From Candidatus Aminicenantes bacterium (GTDB taxonomy: Bacteria > Acidobacteriota > Aminicenantia > Aminicenantales > JAFGBC01), in assembly GCA_963702005.1 (NCBI GenBank), contig OY969696.1, forward strand, positions 4,224,001 to 4,288,000: DNA of 64,000 bases, in the 5' to 3' direction. The notes beneath the pieces were generated by a model. The model saw only the letters and a list, made by a program, of their open reading frames with translations, made no database searches and was not told the origin of the DNA. Positions 47,668 to 57,074 of this stretch are shown piece by piece. Each line of letters starts with the position of its first letter. The stretch's first letter is position 1. A program made the position numbers and the translations under genes.

Positions 47668-49254
47668 TCAAAGGACGGCCTTGTAGTTCTGGCCGATCTT
47701 GTTGGTCAGGACGTTCGCGTAGGAACGCGAGGCCGGTTGGAAGGTCGTGCCCGATTTCTTGGGCGTCGCCGTCCCCGACCAGCCGCAGAATACAGGGCGG
47801 CAGTAATAGCCCTTAGCGTCGGTGACGGCTTTTCCGCCGTTGTCGCTGAAGGTGATCGTAACTCCGGGGACGACCGCGCCCGAAGCCGTCTTGACGACTC
47901 CCGAGATCCAGACGGTGGGCCGGAGCGAGGCGTCACCGATCAGGATCATCCCGTACCACCAGCGGGGCGTAGTGTCGGGATAGGCCGTCTGGACGGCGTT
48001 GAACCACTCGACGAAGGCGGCGCCGAAGCCGTATCCTTCGGCCAGGGTATCAAAGAAAGAATCGTCGGCCCAGATGCCGCCCGTCTTGGCCGAGCCGTAG
48101 GCCAGGAGCCCGGACTTCTGGTTGAAGGCGGCCACCCCGCCCAAATTATCCTCGGCCGAATAATCGCAGCCCGAGCAGACGAAAAAGGAATAGAACAGGG
48201 CCTTGGGATCGATCGACAGGTAATCCGCGCAGAAGACGGAATCGAAATTCGCTTTGCTGTTCCGGTAATAGCCGTGGCCGCCCGGCCAGCCGTGGGACCG
48301 GGTGTAAATGAACTCCAGGTTGGCCGGCATGCGGAGGGCTTTGTAATCGGCGGCCGTCGTCGCTTCCGGGCTACTGATAGCGGTCACCCCGGATAGTATC
48401 TTTTTCAAGTTGGATTTGTCGCCCGTCCCCATCCCGCTCCAGTCGTCGTCGTCATAAACGAGGGCCGAGGGTGCCGTCCGCAGCCCGCCCGTCCGGAACA
48501 GATGGTTCTTCTCGAAATAGTTATTGAGGGTCCCGGCCTCCGTCCCCAAGCAGGTCAGGTTGCTGGTTTGAAGCCGGCCGACCCAGATCTCGAGCCCGAT
48601 GTCGCCCGAGCGCGTGTCGTACTTGCCGTTAGCCGGTTGAACGTCCTCGTCGGTCAGGGTGTCGGACCAGGAGCCGTCGACGTCCATATAATAGATATCG
48701 CAGGGAAAATCCTCGTATTCGCGGGTCTTATTATTGTCCCAGCTCTGCATCATCTCATAGACGATGTAGGGGATGTCGCCGATGAACAGGGCGCCGGCCA
48801 GCCCCCCCTTTTCTTTATAGCGGGAGCGGAGGTAAGTCCGGAGGCTCTGCGCCGTCCCGGAGCCGAAGCGGTAAACAAGGACGGTCCAGCCTTCCTTCTG
48901 GAGGTCCTGGACGAACCTCTGGAGCTTCGTCTGGATGGAGGGGTAGAGGCTGTTTTCGACAACGAGGAGCATCCGGGTCGAAACAGCGCCGGCGGCCGGG
49001 CGGCCCGACGGCAAGCCGGGGAAAACCGGAAGCCCGGCCGGAATCATCCGGAGGGGCTCGGCATAGGCGGGCACGGCGTGGGGAAGCTTGCGCGACCCGT
49101 CCCCGGCCATCCAGCGGGTGGGCAGCGGCTCCCGTCGATCCCTGACGTTCGCCGCCTGGAGCATCCAGCCCGCCGTCAGGATACAGAGAAGGCCGATGAC
49201 GAGCCCCCAACGGAAAACATTCGATTCCCCGATCCTATGAGATTTCTGAACCAT
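47668..49254 (-). CDS. Gingipain-like (peptidase C25-like) secreted cysteine protease with C-terminal beta-sandwich
   Basis: GALFIGDIP, DIYYMDVDG, EIWVGRL, SHG and FVCSGC (His/Cys dyad), LIGDASLR. Confidence 0.7.
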   Translation of the reverse strand: MVQKSHRIGESNVFRWGLVIGLLCILTAGWMLQAANVRDRREPLPTRWMAGDGSRKLPHAVPAYAEPLRMIPAGLPVFPGLPSGRPAAGAVSTRMLLVVENSLYPSIQTKLQRFVQDLQKEGWTVLVYRFGSGTAQSLRTYLRSRYKEKGGLAGALFIGDIPYIVYEMMQSWDNNKTREYEDFPCDIYYMDVDGSWSDTLTDEDVQPANGKYDTRSGDIGLEIWVGRLQTSNLTCLGTEAGTLNNYFEKNHLFRTGGLRTAPSALVYDDDDWSGMGTGDKSNLKKILSGVTAISSPEATTAADYKALRMPANLEFIYTRSHGWPGGHGYYRNSKANFDSVFCADYLSIDPKALFYSFFVCSGCDYSAEDNLGGVAAFNQKSGLLAYGSAKTGGIWADDSFFDTLAEGYGFGAAFVEWFNAVQTAYPDTTPRWWYGMILIGDASLRPTVWISGVVKTASGAVVPGVTITFSDNGGKAVTDAKGYYCRPVFCGWSGTATPKKSGTTFQPASRSYANVLTNKIGQNYKAVL

Positions 49255-49308
49255 GAGATCTCCTTTGTCGCCATCCGGAGGAGAATATCCTTTTCGTCCT
49301 CCTGCGCC

Positions 49309-49338
49309 ATTCTAACGGAGGCGCTCGGGGCGTGTCAA
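49309..49338 (-). promoter_or_regulatory. sigma70-type promoter for C25-like gene
   Basis: Minus strand TTGACA (49338-49333), 18 bp, TAGAAT (49314-49309). Confidence 0.55.
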
Positions 49339-49401
49339 ATCATCGACACTCATGGAAGCCATAAGTGCTGCAAGGCTGGGTGGCGTCGGCGAACGGGTCA
49401 A
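49334..49401. mobile_element. Small palindromic element, short copy 2
   Basis: First 14 bp GTCAAATCATCGAC and last 21 bp TGGCGTCGGCGAACGGGTCAA identical to the ends of 63683-63794; different 33 bp interior. Confidence 0.75.
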
Positions 49402-51599
49402 CGTGAAGGCCGGTCCTTGGTCGCCCGGCCGTCGCGGACGGAACGGGAACCGCCGTCGCCAACTTTCAGCCTCGCCAGGAAAACATCAATACCTCCGTTC
49501 GGACTCGAGTCATAAGCCTTCTTTATCGGAAAATCAGGGGAGGTGGTTCCGCCCAGGAGATAAATCGTCCCCGTATCGTCAACGGCCAGCTGCCCGCACG
49601 AATCCCCTCGATTCCCTCCGAGAAGAGTCGACCAGAGAAGGGTGTCCCCCGCCGGCGCGAATTTGGCGATATAGCCGTCCGTCTCGCCCTCCAGCGTCTT
49701 ATCGTAGGGATCGACCAACGGAATATCCGTGGATCCTGTCGAGCCCGTGACCAGGAACGCCCCGGTCTTGTCCAGAACGATATGCGCGAGGCTGTCGGCC
49801 TTCCTTCCGCCCAGGTAGGTGGAAAAAGCCAAGGACTTGCCGTTAGGACGCAGTTTAGTCACGAAGGCATCGAGGTTTCCGTTTCGCTTGCTGTCATAAG
49901 CGTTCTTGACCGGAAAATTAAAAGACTCGGTGATCCCGACGACATAGGCGGCTCCGGACCGGTCGACCTGGATATCCCAAGGCCAGTCGTAGGCGCTCCC
50001 GCCCAGAAAGGTCGAATAGACAAGGGTGCGGCCCGAGGGCGAGAATTTCGTTACAAAAGCGTCGATATGACCGTTGTAGGTCGAATCGAAGGCGTCCTTG
50101 ACGGGGAAGTTCGAGGATAAGGTCGGGCCGGCGACATAGGCCGAGCCGGCCCCGTCGACCGCGATGCAGGCGGTGCTCGACTCGCTCGCCGTCCCTCCCA
50201 GAAACGTGGACCAGACCAGGCTCTTTCCGGAAGCGGCCAGCTTCGCGACATAGGCGTCCCAGATGCCGTTGAAGCTCGGATCGTAAGCGGCCTTGACGGG
50301 GAAATCGGGCGACTTCGTGCACCCGGCCAGATAAATATCGCCCTTCCCATCCACGGCCATATCGCTGGCGAATTCGTTTCGAGATCCGCCCAAATAGGTC
50401 GAAAAGACGATGGCGTCTCCCTGGGCCGACAACTTGGTGACGACGGCGTCAGTTTCGCCGTTCAAGGCGGCATCATATCCGTCCTTAACCGGGTAATCCG
50501 GGGAATTGCTCGATCCGGCGACGATGATCGCGCCGCCCGTATCCAAAGCCAGGCCGGCGGCATCTTCGTCCTTGGTTCCGCCCAGGAAAGTCGCGAACAC
50601 AAGGCTTTTTCCGTCCGGCTTGAATTTGACGATGAAGATGTCGTTGGCTCCGCCCAGGGTCAGGTCGGCGCCGCCCTTGACGGGGAAATCGGGAGAGGCC
50701 GTATCTCCGCAGACGCAGATAGAGCCGTCGGCGTCCAGTTTGATGTCGACGCCATACTCGTCCCCTTTTCCTCCCAAGTAGGTCGAGGACACGAGTACGA
50801 TCGGATCGATGAACAGGGGATGGCTTCGATCATAGGGACCGACTCGGAAACCATAGGAATTTCCGGCGATCCTCCTGAATTCGGTCTCGACGGCGCGTCT
50901 CCGGCCGTCGACGATCTGATAGCCCTCGGGTTTGCGGTGAATCGGATTAGCGAACCGGGTCCGGACGGCCAGATCCCCTTGGGAATCGGCCAGGACCTTG
51001 CCCGCGTCGCGATATTCGAACCGGATATCCTCGGGATTCCCGCCCGGCGCCACGATCCAGTCGTATTCGAGCTCGTTGTCGGTCCCGTAAACCTTGAGGT
51101 CGATGGACTTATAAAGATCCTCGTAGAGGACCGATTCGGCCGCGGGGACGGACGTCGGCACGCCTCCCTCGCCCCCGCCGATGAAGAAATGGACCCGGGG
51201 ATTATCCGCGCCGAAGGGAACGACGCCAGGCTCCGGATTAGCGCCAAGGAACACGAGCCGCGACACGTCTCTTTCGATATCGGCCGGAGCGGACGCCCTC
51301 CTCTCGCCGCTCGGCATGGGAGGCGGGGCCGAACCGGCCCTGCTTCTCCAAAAGTCAAAGACCAGCCCTTCTTTCGTCAGCCACAGAGTCATCCCCGATC
51401 TCCGGGCGTAAAAAAGAGCCTGGGCGTCCACTTGGCCGCGATTGGGCCAGAACGCGAGAGGCAGACTCGAGAAGAGGGGACTCGCCGCGACCGACGGGGC
51501 GGCCGGACCCGGGCGGGCCCCGGTCCGGGATTGAGAGACCGCCATAAAACCAAGGCCAAAGAACGTCAGGGCGGAAAAAACAATAGCTTTCTTGAGCAT
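49398..51599 (-). CDS. Secreted SBBP (beta-propeller) repeat protein
   Basis: Signal peptide; NRGQ, LEYDWIVAPG; repeated STYLGG-G-T-S-DFPVK-AYD-DAFVTK. Confidence 0.88.
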   Translation of the reverse strand: MLKKAIVFSALTFFGLGFMAVSQSRTGARPGPAAPSVAASPLFSSLPLAFWPNRGQVDAQALFYARRSGMTLWLTKEGLVFDFWRSRAGSAPPPMPSGERRASAPADIERDVSRLVFLGANPEPGVVPFGADNPRVHFFIGGGEGGVPTSVPAAESVLYEDLYKSIDLKVYGTDNELEYDWIVAPGGNPEDIRFEYRDAGKVLADSQGDLAVRTRFANPIHRKPEGYQIVDGRRRAVETEFRRIAGNSYGFRVGPYDRSHPLFIDPIVLVSSTYLGGKGDEYGVDIKLDADGSICVCGDTASPDFPVKGGADLTLGGANDIFIVKFKPDGKSLVFATFLGGTKDEDAAGLALDTGGAIIVAGSSNSPDYPVKDGYDAALNGETDAVVTKLSAQGDAIVFSTYLGGSRNEFASDMAVDGKGDIYLAGCTKSPDFPVKAAYDPSFNGIWDAYVAKLAASGKSLVWSTFLGGTASESSTACIAVDGAGSAYVAGPTLSSNFPVKDAFDSTYNGHIDAFVTKFSPSGRTLVYSTFLGGSAYDWPWDIQVDRSGAAYVVGITESFNFPVKNAYDSKRNGNLDAFVTKLRPNGKSLAFSTYLGGRKADSLAHIVLDKTGAFLVTGSTGSTDIPLVDPYDKTLEGETDGYIAKFAPAGDTLLWSTLLGGNRGDSCGQLAVDDTGTIYLLGGTTSPDFPIKKAYDSSPNGGIDVFLARLKVGDGGSRSVRDGRATKDRPSR

Positions 51600-51667
51600 A
51601 GTTCCCTCCCACAGACTCGGTTGAATAGAAATATCTTGATGATATTATAATCCAATCGAAACCCACA

Positions 51668-52675
51668 CTAAAAGACTCGCCCATCCGCTTGTCGCGGCGG
51701 GCGCTTGGGCGTTTCGATCCCGTGCCGTTTCATAAGCTTAAACAGGCCCTGGCGGGTGATGCCCATCTCGGCGGCGGTCCGCTTCTTGTTGAAGTCGAAA
51801 CGTCGCAGAGCCTGGCGGACGAACCGCCTCTCGAACTCGGCCCGGGCCGCCGAGAGGTTGAAAGGATCCGGCGGGGACGGCTCCTCGGGCGGCCGGAAGC
51901 GCGGCGAGAGGCAAGCCTCGCCGATGACCGGATCGTCGCCCATAAAAACGAGGCAGCGTTGGATCTCGTTCTGAAGCTCCCGGACGTTCCCGGGCCACGA
52001 ATAAGCGGCCAACCGCTCCAGGGCCAGCGGGGACAGGACGGTCCGGCCCCGGCCCGTCTCGCGGCCGTAACGCTCCAGAAAATGCTCGGCCAGAAGGGGA
52101 ATATCCTCTTTCCGATCCCGGAGGGGCGGGACCTCGACAACGATAATCCGGATCCGGTAAAGGAGGTCCTCCCGGAAGGCACCGGCCGCGACCTCGGCCT
52201 CGAGGTCCTTGTGCGTTGCGCTCAGGAAGCGGACCGCGACCGGGCGCGGACGGTTCTCCCCGACCCGCCGAACTTCTTTTTCCTGGAGGACGCGGAGGAG
52301 CTTGGCCTGAAGGGGAAGGGACAGGTCGCCGATCTCATCCAGGAAGAATGTCCCGCCGCCCGCCTCCTCGATGAGTCCGGCTTTATCGCGCCAAGCTCCG
52401 GTGAAGGCGCCCCGGGCGTGCCCGAACAGCTCGCTTTCGAGCAAGGGGTCGGGAATGGCCCCGCAGTTGACGGCGACGAACCGGCCGCCCCCGAGGTGGA
52501 TGGACCGGGCGACGAGCTCCTTCCCGGTCCCGCTCTCGCCGACGATGAGGACGGCAGCGCCGTGACCCCGGATTTTCTCGATCAGGGCCCGGATGCGCCG
52601 GCTGGCCGGACTCTCCCCGATCAGGCGGAAGCCGCTCTCCTCGCCGGACTCAACCGAACCGTCCCGGTCGTTCAC
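51668..52675 (-). CDS. Sigma-54-dependent transcriptional activator (AAA+ and Fis HTH, no N-terminal sensor domain)
   Basis: GESGTGKE, ESELFGH-GAFTGA, FLDEIG, WPGNVREL, C-terminal HTH. Confidence 0.92.
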   Translation of the reverse strand: MNDRDGSVESGEESGFRLIGESPASRRIRALIEKIRGHGAAVLIVGESGTGKELVARSIHLGGGRFVAVNCGAIPDPLLESELFGHARGAFTGAWRDKAGLIEEAGGGTFFLDEIGDLSLPLQAKLLRVLQEKEVRRVGENRPRPVAVRFLSATHKDLEAEVAAGAFREDLLYRIRIIVVEVPPLRDRKEDIPLLAEHFLERYGRETGRGRTVLSPLALERLAAYSWPGNVRELQNEIQRCLVFMGDDPVIGEACLSPRFRPPEEPSPPDPFNLSAARAEFERRFVRQALRRFDFNKKRTAAEMGITRQGLFKLMKRHGIETPKRPPRQADGRVF

Positions 52676-52793
52676 ATCGTTATGAACGGACGCCCCGCCT
52701 CTTTTTTCTCAGACGGCCGCCGGGTTCTCTCCGGCCGCCGCCCGCGTTGACATTCCCCGGCCCGCTGAGCTAAGGTTCTCCAAGAGGTAATCC

Positions 52794-54553
52794 ATGGACT
52801 CTCAACGCACCGCAACCCGACGCATCCGCGCCCTCGCCCTCTCGGCGGCGGCCGCCGCCTGTCTCTGGTCGGCCGCCCTTCCAGCCTTCTCCCAGAACGG
52901 CCGGCCCGCGCGCACCCAATGGCTCCAGGACGCCAAGTTCGGGCTCTTTATCCACTGGGGAGTCTATTCCCTGATCGGCCGGGAAGAATGGGCCCGCCAG
53001 CTCCTCCAAATCCCCCTCCGCGAATACGACGAGATGGCGGCCGAGTTCAACCCGGCCAAGTTCAACCCGGACGAGTGGGTCGCCTTGGCCAAGGAGGCCG
53101 GCGTCGGTTATATCGTCATCACTTCCAAGCATCATGACGGATTCTGCATCTTCGACAGCCAGCTGACCGACTTCGACATCATGAACACGAAGTACGGCAA
53201 GGACGCCTTGGGGATGCTGGCCGAGGCTTGCCGGCGGCAGAAGATCCGCTCGGCTTCTACTACTCAATTATGGACTGGCACCACCCCGACTATCTTCCCC
53301 GCCGGACCTGGGAGACGGACCGGCCGGTCAAGGACGCCGACTTCGGCCGCTACGTTGAGTATCTGAAAGGCCAGGTCGAGGAGCTCGTCACCAAGTACGA
53401 CCCGGCCGTCCTCTGGTTCGACGGCGGCTGGGAGCACCCCAGCGCCGAGTTCAAGGCGGACGACGTCGAGGCGCTTCTTCTCAAGCTCAAGCCCGATATC
53501 CTCATCAACGACCGCCTCTTCAACGGGGAGCCGGGCCGGGGCGACTTCGGGACGCCCGAAAATTACGTCCCGGCCACCGGGCTCCGGAACCAGGACGGCA
53601 GCCCCCGCTTCTGGGAGGCCTGCGCTACGATGAACTTCAACGGTTGGGGCTATAACCATTACGAGACCGAGTTCCACAGCGCAACCCAGCTCATCCGCCA
53701 GTTGATCGAAATCGCCAGCAAGGGCGGGAACCTCCTCCTCAACGTCGGGCCGACGCCGGACGGCACCATCCAGCCCGAATTCCAGGCCCGTCTGCGCCGG
53801 ATGGGAGAATGGCTCAAAACGAACGGGGAGGCCGTCTACGGGACGACGGCGAGCGTCTTCGACCGGCTCCCCTTTTTCGGCCGCTGCACGGTCAAAGGGA
53901 ATCGGCTCTATATCCACATCATGGGCTGGCCCGAGGACAAGCGGATCCGGCTGCCCGGCCTTAGGACATTCCTGCGGCGGGTGTCGTTCCTGGCCCAGCC
54001 CGGCCGCGAGCTCAACTACCGGCGCTACGGGAAGGATATCGTCATCGTCCTGCCCGACAAGCCGCTCGACCCGGACGCGACCGTCATCTGCGTCGACCTC
54101 CAAGGACCGCCCCAGGTCGATCCCTACGAGATCCGGCCCGGCGACGGCGGCCGGATCGAACTCCCGGTGACCCTGGCCGACCTACGCTCCCAGATGGGCC
54201 AGCGCGCCTACCTGGACTTCTTCTACCGGACGACCATGCTCGCCAACTGGCAGAACATCAACGACTACCCGGAGTGGGAGTTCTTCGTCGAAAAAGAGGG
54301 AAGCTACGAGGTCCAGGCGTCCTACGCCTGCGGGGGCGAGCGGGGAACCTCGTTCGCCGTCGAGATCGACGACGGGACCGAAATCCCGGCCGTCGTCCGG
54401 AGCTCGCCGAGCCTCTACTTCCCCCAGATTTTTTCCCTTGGCTCGGTCGAACTCAAAGAAGGCAAACACAGCCTCCGCCTCAAGATCAAATCCATCGTCG
54501 CCACCAACGCCCTGAGGCTGGAGAAGGTCGTTCTCCTGCCGCTCTCGCGTTAG
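52794..54553 (+). pseudogene. Alpha-L-fucosidase (GH29) split by a single-base frameshift near 53246
   Basis: Frame 1: KFGLFIHWGVYS, SKHHDGF; frame 2: LGFYYS-DWHHPDY, LWFDG, NLLLNVGP; adding one C in AAGATCCGCTC restores KIPLGFYYS. Confidence 0.85.
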
Positions 54554-54562
54554 CAAACCCAT

Positions 54563-54983
54563 AGAATCAGCGTTTCGAGAGGGCTTTGAAAGCGGTCCTC
54601 GCTCGCTCGTTCCGGTCCAGACTGCATAAGCCGCTCGTCATTCTCGGACAGGCTCAGCCGATGGGGTTCGAAGGACGCAAAATTGTCCCAGCGAGCCAAT
54701 TTCGCTCCGACTCGGGGTCTCGCTCCCGATTTGGGGACAAACGCTGATTCTCTTAAATCGATAATGTGTCCCCAAATCAGACCATGCCCGCTCGACCCCT
54801 CGACGGCCTTCTCCACCCCATCAGCATCGCCTGTTTTCCCAATTATTGTTCATGCCCGCTCGGTCTCTCCTACGGCCTTCTTCACCATCCTCCCCTCGAC
54901 CTTCCTCTCAAATCTCCGGACCATATGATATCCCCTCCAAGAGACCTTCTCCTGGTCGCTCCAGACCGCTTTCAAAGCCTTCT
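54563..54983. repeat. Intergenic tract with nested inverted and direct repeats (MITE-like relic)
   Basis: 16 bp perfect IR 54582-54597/54964-54979; 13 bp IR 54563-54575/54739-54751; 12 bp IR 54728-54739/54767-54778; imperfect direct repeat from 54783 and 54851. Confidence 0.65.
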
Positions 54984-55067
54984 TCCAGAAATGATCAAGG
55001 CTATTCCGTGAACGTTGCCGACGCCAATCCTTAACATTGAGCCGGCGGCCGGGATATACTCATCTGG

Positions 55068-55592
55068 ATGAACGATCAGGAGAAAACCCTGGTGGAGATG
55101 GTCCTGGCCGGCAACTCGGACGCCTTCGAGCCCCTGGTCCGGCCCTACCGGAATGACCTCATCCGCCTGGCTTACCGGATGACCCGGAACTGGGAGGATG
55201 CCCACGAAGCCTCCCAGGAGACCCTTCTCCGCGCCTTCCGCTATCTGGCCCGGTTCGACACGGCCCGGAGCTTTAAGAACTGGCTCCTGGGCATCCTGGT
55301 CAACGAGGCCCGGAAGGCCGCGCGGAAAAGGCCGCGCACCGTCGCCCTGGCCGAGACGGCGGAGACATCGCTCCCGGCCGACCAGGAGAGGAAGCATGAG
55401 GAGCGGGTTTTCCGGGACCGCCTCCGCGCCTGCCTGGACGGGCTGAGCCGCAGCCAGAGGGAGGTCTTCATCCTCCGCGACCTCGAGGACCGGGATGTCC
55501 GGGAGACGGCCCGGATCCTGAGCACCAGCGAGCTTGCGGTCCGCGTCCATCTGTCGCGGGCCCGGAAAAGGATCAAGGAGATGCTGACATGA
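55068..55592 (+). CDS. ECF RNA polymerase sigma-70 factor
   Basis: AFEPLV, DAHEASQETLLRAF, FKNWL, REVFILRD-E, VRVHLSRAR. Confidence 0.93.
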   Translation: MNDQEKTLVEMVLAGNSDAFEPLVRPYRNDLIRLAYRMTRNWEDAHEASQETLLRAFRYLARFDTARSFKNWLLGILVNEARKAARKRPRTVALAETAETSLPADQERKHEERVFRDRLRACLDGLSRSQREVFILRDLEDRDVRETARILSTSELAVRVHLSRARKRIKEMLT

Positions 55593-56269
55593 CCTGCCGT
55601 AAAGTCCGAAAGCTCCTCCCCCTCGCCGCGGGCGGGGACCTTCCCGAAGCCAAGTCCCGGAAGGTCGCACATCACCTCAAGAGCTGCCCGGCCTGCCGGG
55701 CCGAGCTCGAGGCCTACAAGTTCGTTTTAGACCGGGCCCGCGAGCTCGATCTCGGCGGAGAGACGGGCCGCTCCTGGGACGAAGCGGCCTGGGCGAAGGC
55801 CGTCCGCAAGGCCGTTAAGCAGGAAGGCGCGCCCGCCGCGGTCCGGTCCAAGCTCGTCTTGCGGCCGGTCGTCGTAGCGGTCGTGGGGGCGGTTCTCATC
55901 GTCGCCGCCGCTCTCCTCATCGTCAACATCCGCCATTCGCTCCGGTCCCGGGAAGTCCTGGAGGCCCGGACGGAGGAAGTTAAACACGATGTCCCCGCAG
56001 AGGTCGAACATAAGCTGGAGCCTTCGCCCGTACCCGATTCTCAAACGACCGTCAATCCCAACAAGAAAAAAGAACCGGAAGCGCCGATCCTGGCGGCCGG
56101 GAGGATCAAGCCGTCGCCCGCTCCGATCGATAGGGCCCTGACCGGAGCCGCCGCGCCGGCGCCCCCCGCCCAGGACATCGTCTCGGCCACGTTTGTTTCC
56201 CAGGAGACCGGACTCAAGATTGTCTGGTTCTTCGACAGGAATTTCGATTGGAAAGGAGAAAAGAAATGA
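55589..56269 (+). CDS. zf-HC2 anti-sigma factor with transmembrane helix
   Basis: HLKSCPAC (HxxxCxxC), central hydrophobic helix, ATGA overlap with the sigma gene. Confidence 0.88.
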   Translation: MTCRKVRKLLPLAAGGDLPEAKSRKVAHHLKSCPACRAELEAYKFVLDRARELDLGGETGRSWDEAAWAKAVRKAVKQEGAPAAVRSKLVLRPVVVAVVGAVLIVAAALLIVNIRHSLRSREVLEARTEEVKHDVPAEVEHKLEPSPVPDSQTTVNPNKKKEPEAPILAAGRIKPSPAPIDRALTGAAAPAPPAQDIVSATFVSQETGLKIVWFFDRNFDWKGEKK

Positions 56270-57007
56270 AAAGGATTTTCGTTATCTTCGTTGCTGTTTT
56301 AATCCTCGGCGCGGCCTTGGCGCCTCTCCAGGCCCAGGAGGCCGGTGCAACCAAGTTTAAGACTGAAATGGTCCGGCTCAAATACCTCAATGCGGGTCAG
56401 ATCATGGCGTTGATCCGACCCTATGAAAGCCGGGAAGCCTCCCTTGGGGCCGAAGACGGGGAGGCCAAGCTCTTGGTCATCCGTGACTATCCCGAATTCG
56501 TCGACAAGATCCTGGCTGTGATCAAGGAGATTGACGTCAAGCCGGCCGACATCATGTTCACCGCCCAACTCGTCCTCGGCTCCTCGGTCCCTGGCGACAA
56601 GTCCGACGAGTCCCTCCAGAACGACCCCGTTCTCAAGGAGCTCAAGGGATTCCTGCCCTACCGGAGCTTCAACCAGCTCGACGCCAACCTCATCCGGACC
56701 ATCGACAACGAGCGCGCCCAGATGACCCTGGGTAAGCGCGCCGAATTCGAGTTAAGACTCAGACTAAAATACACCAAGGACGTCGAGAACGGAATACATC
56801 CAGATCGATCTTGAGCTTGTTCTTCTTAAGATACTCGCGGGAGAGGATGGCAACCCGCAACTCATCCCCACCCAAGGAGGTTCTCAATCTCTGATCCAGA
56901 CAAGAATGACCATCAAATCGGGCGAGAAGACCGTCGTCGGCGTCTCCAAGCTCGACGGCGGCGACAAGGGGCTGATCCTGATCCTGAGCGCGAAAGTCAT
57001 CAAATAG
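56266..57007 (+). pseudogene. Exported secretin-N (NolW-like) domain protein, frameshifted between 56768 and 56812
   Basis: Signal peptide; VRLKYLNA-LLVIRD-VIKEIDVKP; a +1 frame continues EYIQIDLEL-TIKSGEKTVVGVSKL-LILILSAKVIK* to TAG 57005-57007. Confidence 0.7.
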
Positions 57008-57028
57008 CGACGCGCTGAACAATTCCGG

Positions 57029-57074
57029 GGACACACGACTTATCTCCCGAGGTAAGTCGTGTGTCCTTTTTTTT
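57029..57074 (+). terminator. Rho-independent terminator
   Basis: 14 bp stem GGACACACGACTTA/TAAGTCGTGTGTCC followed by T8. Confidence 0.8.

Noticed and set aside
49500-50800. Periodic nucleotide repeats resembling an array
   Set aside because: They encode SBBP beta-propeller protein repeats; not CRISPR.
54783-54890. Two ~35 bp direct repeats with a ~33 bp gap as a mini-CRISPR
   Set aside because: Only two imperfect units and no cas genes or leader; kept only as part of the composite repeat tract.
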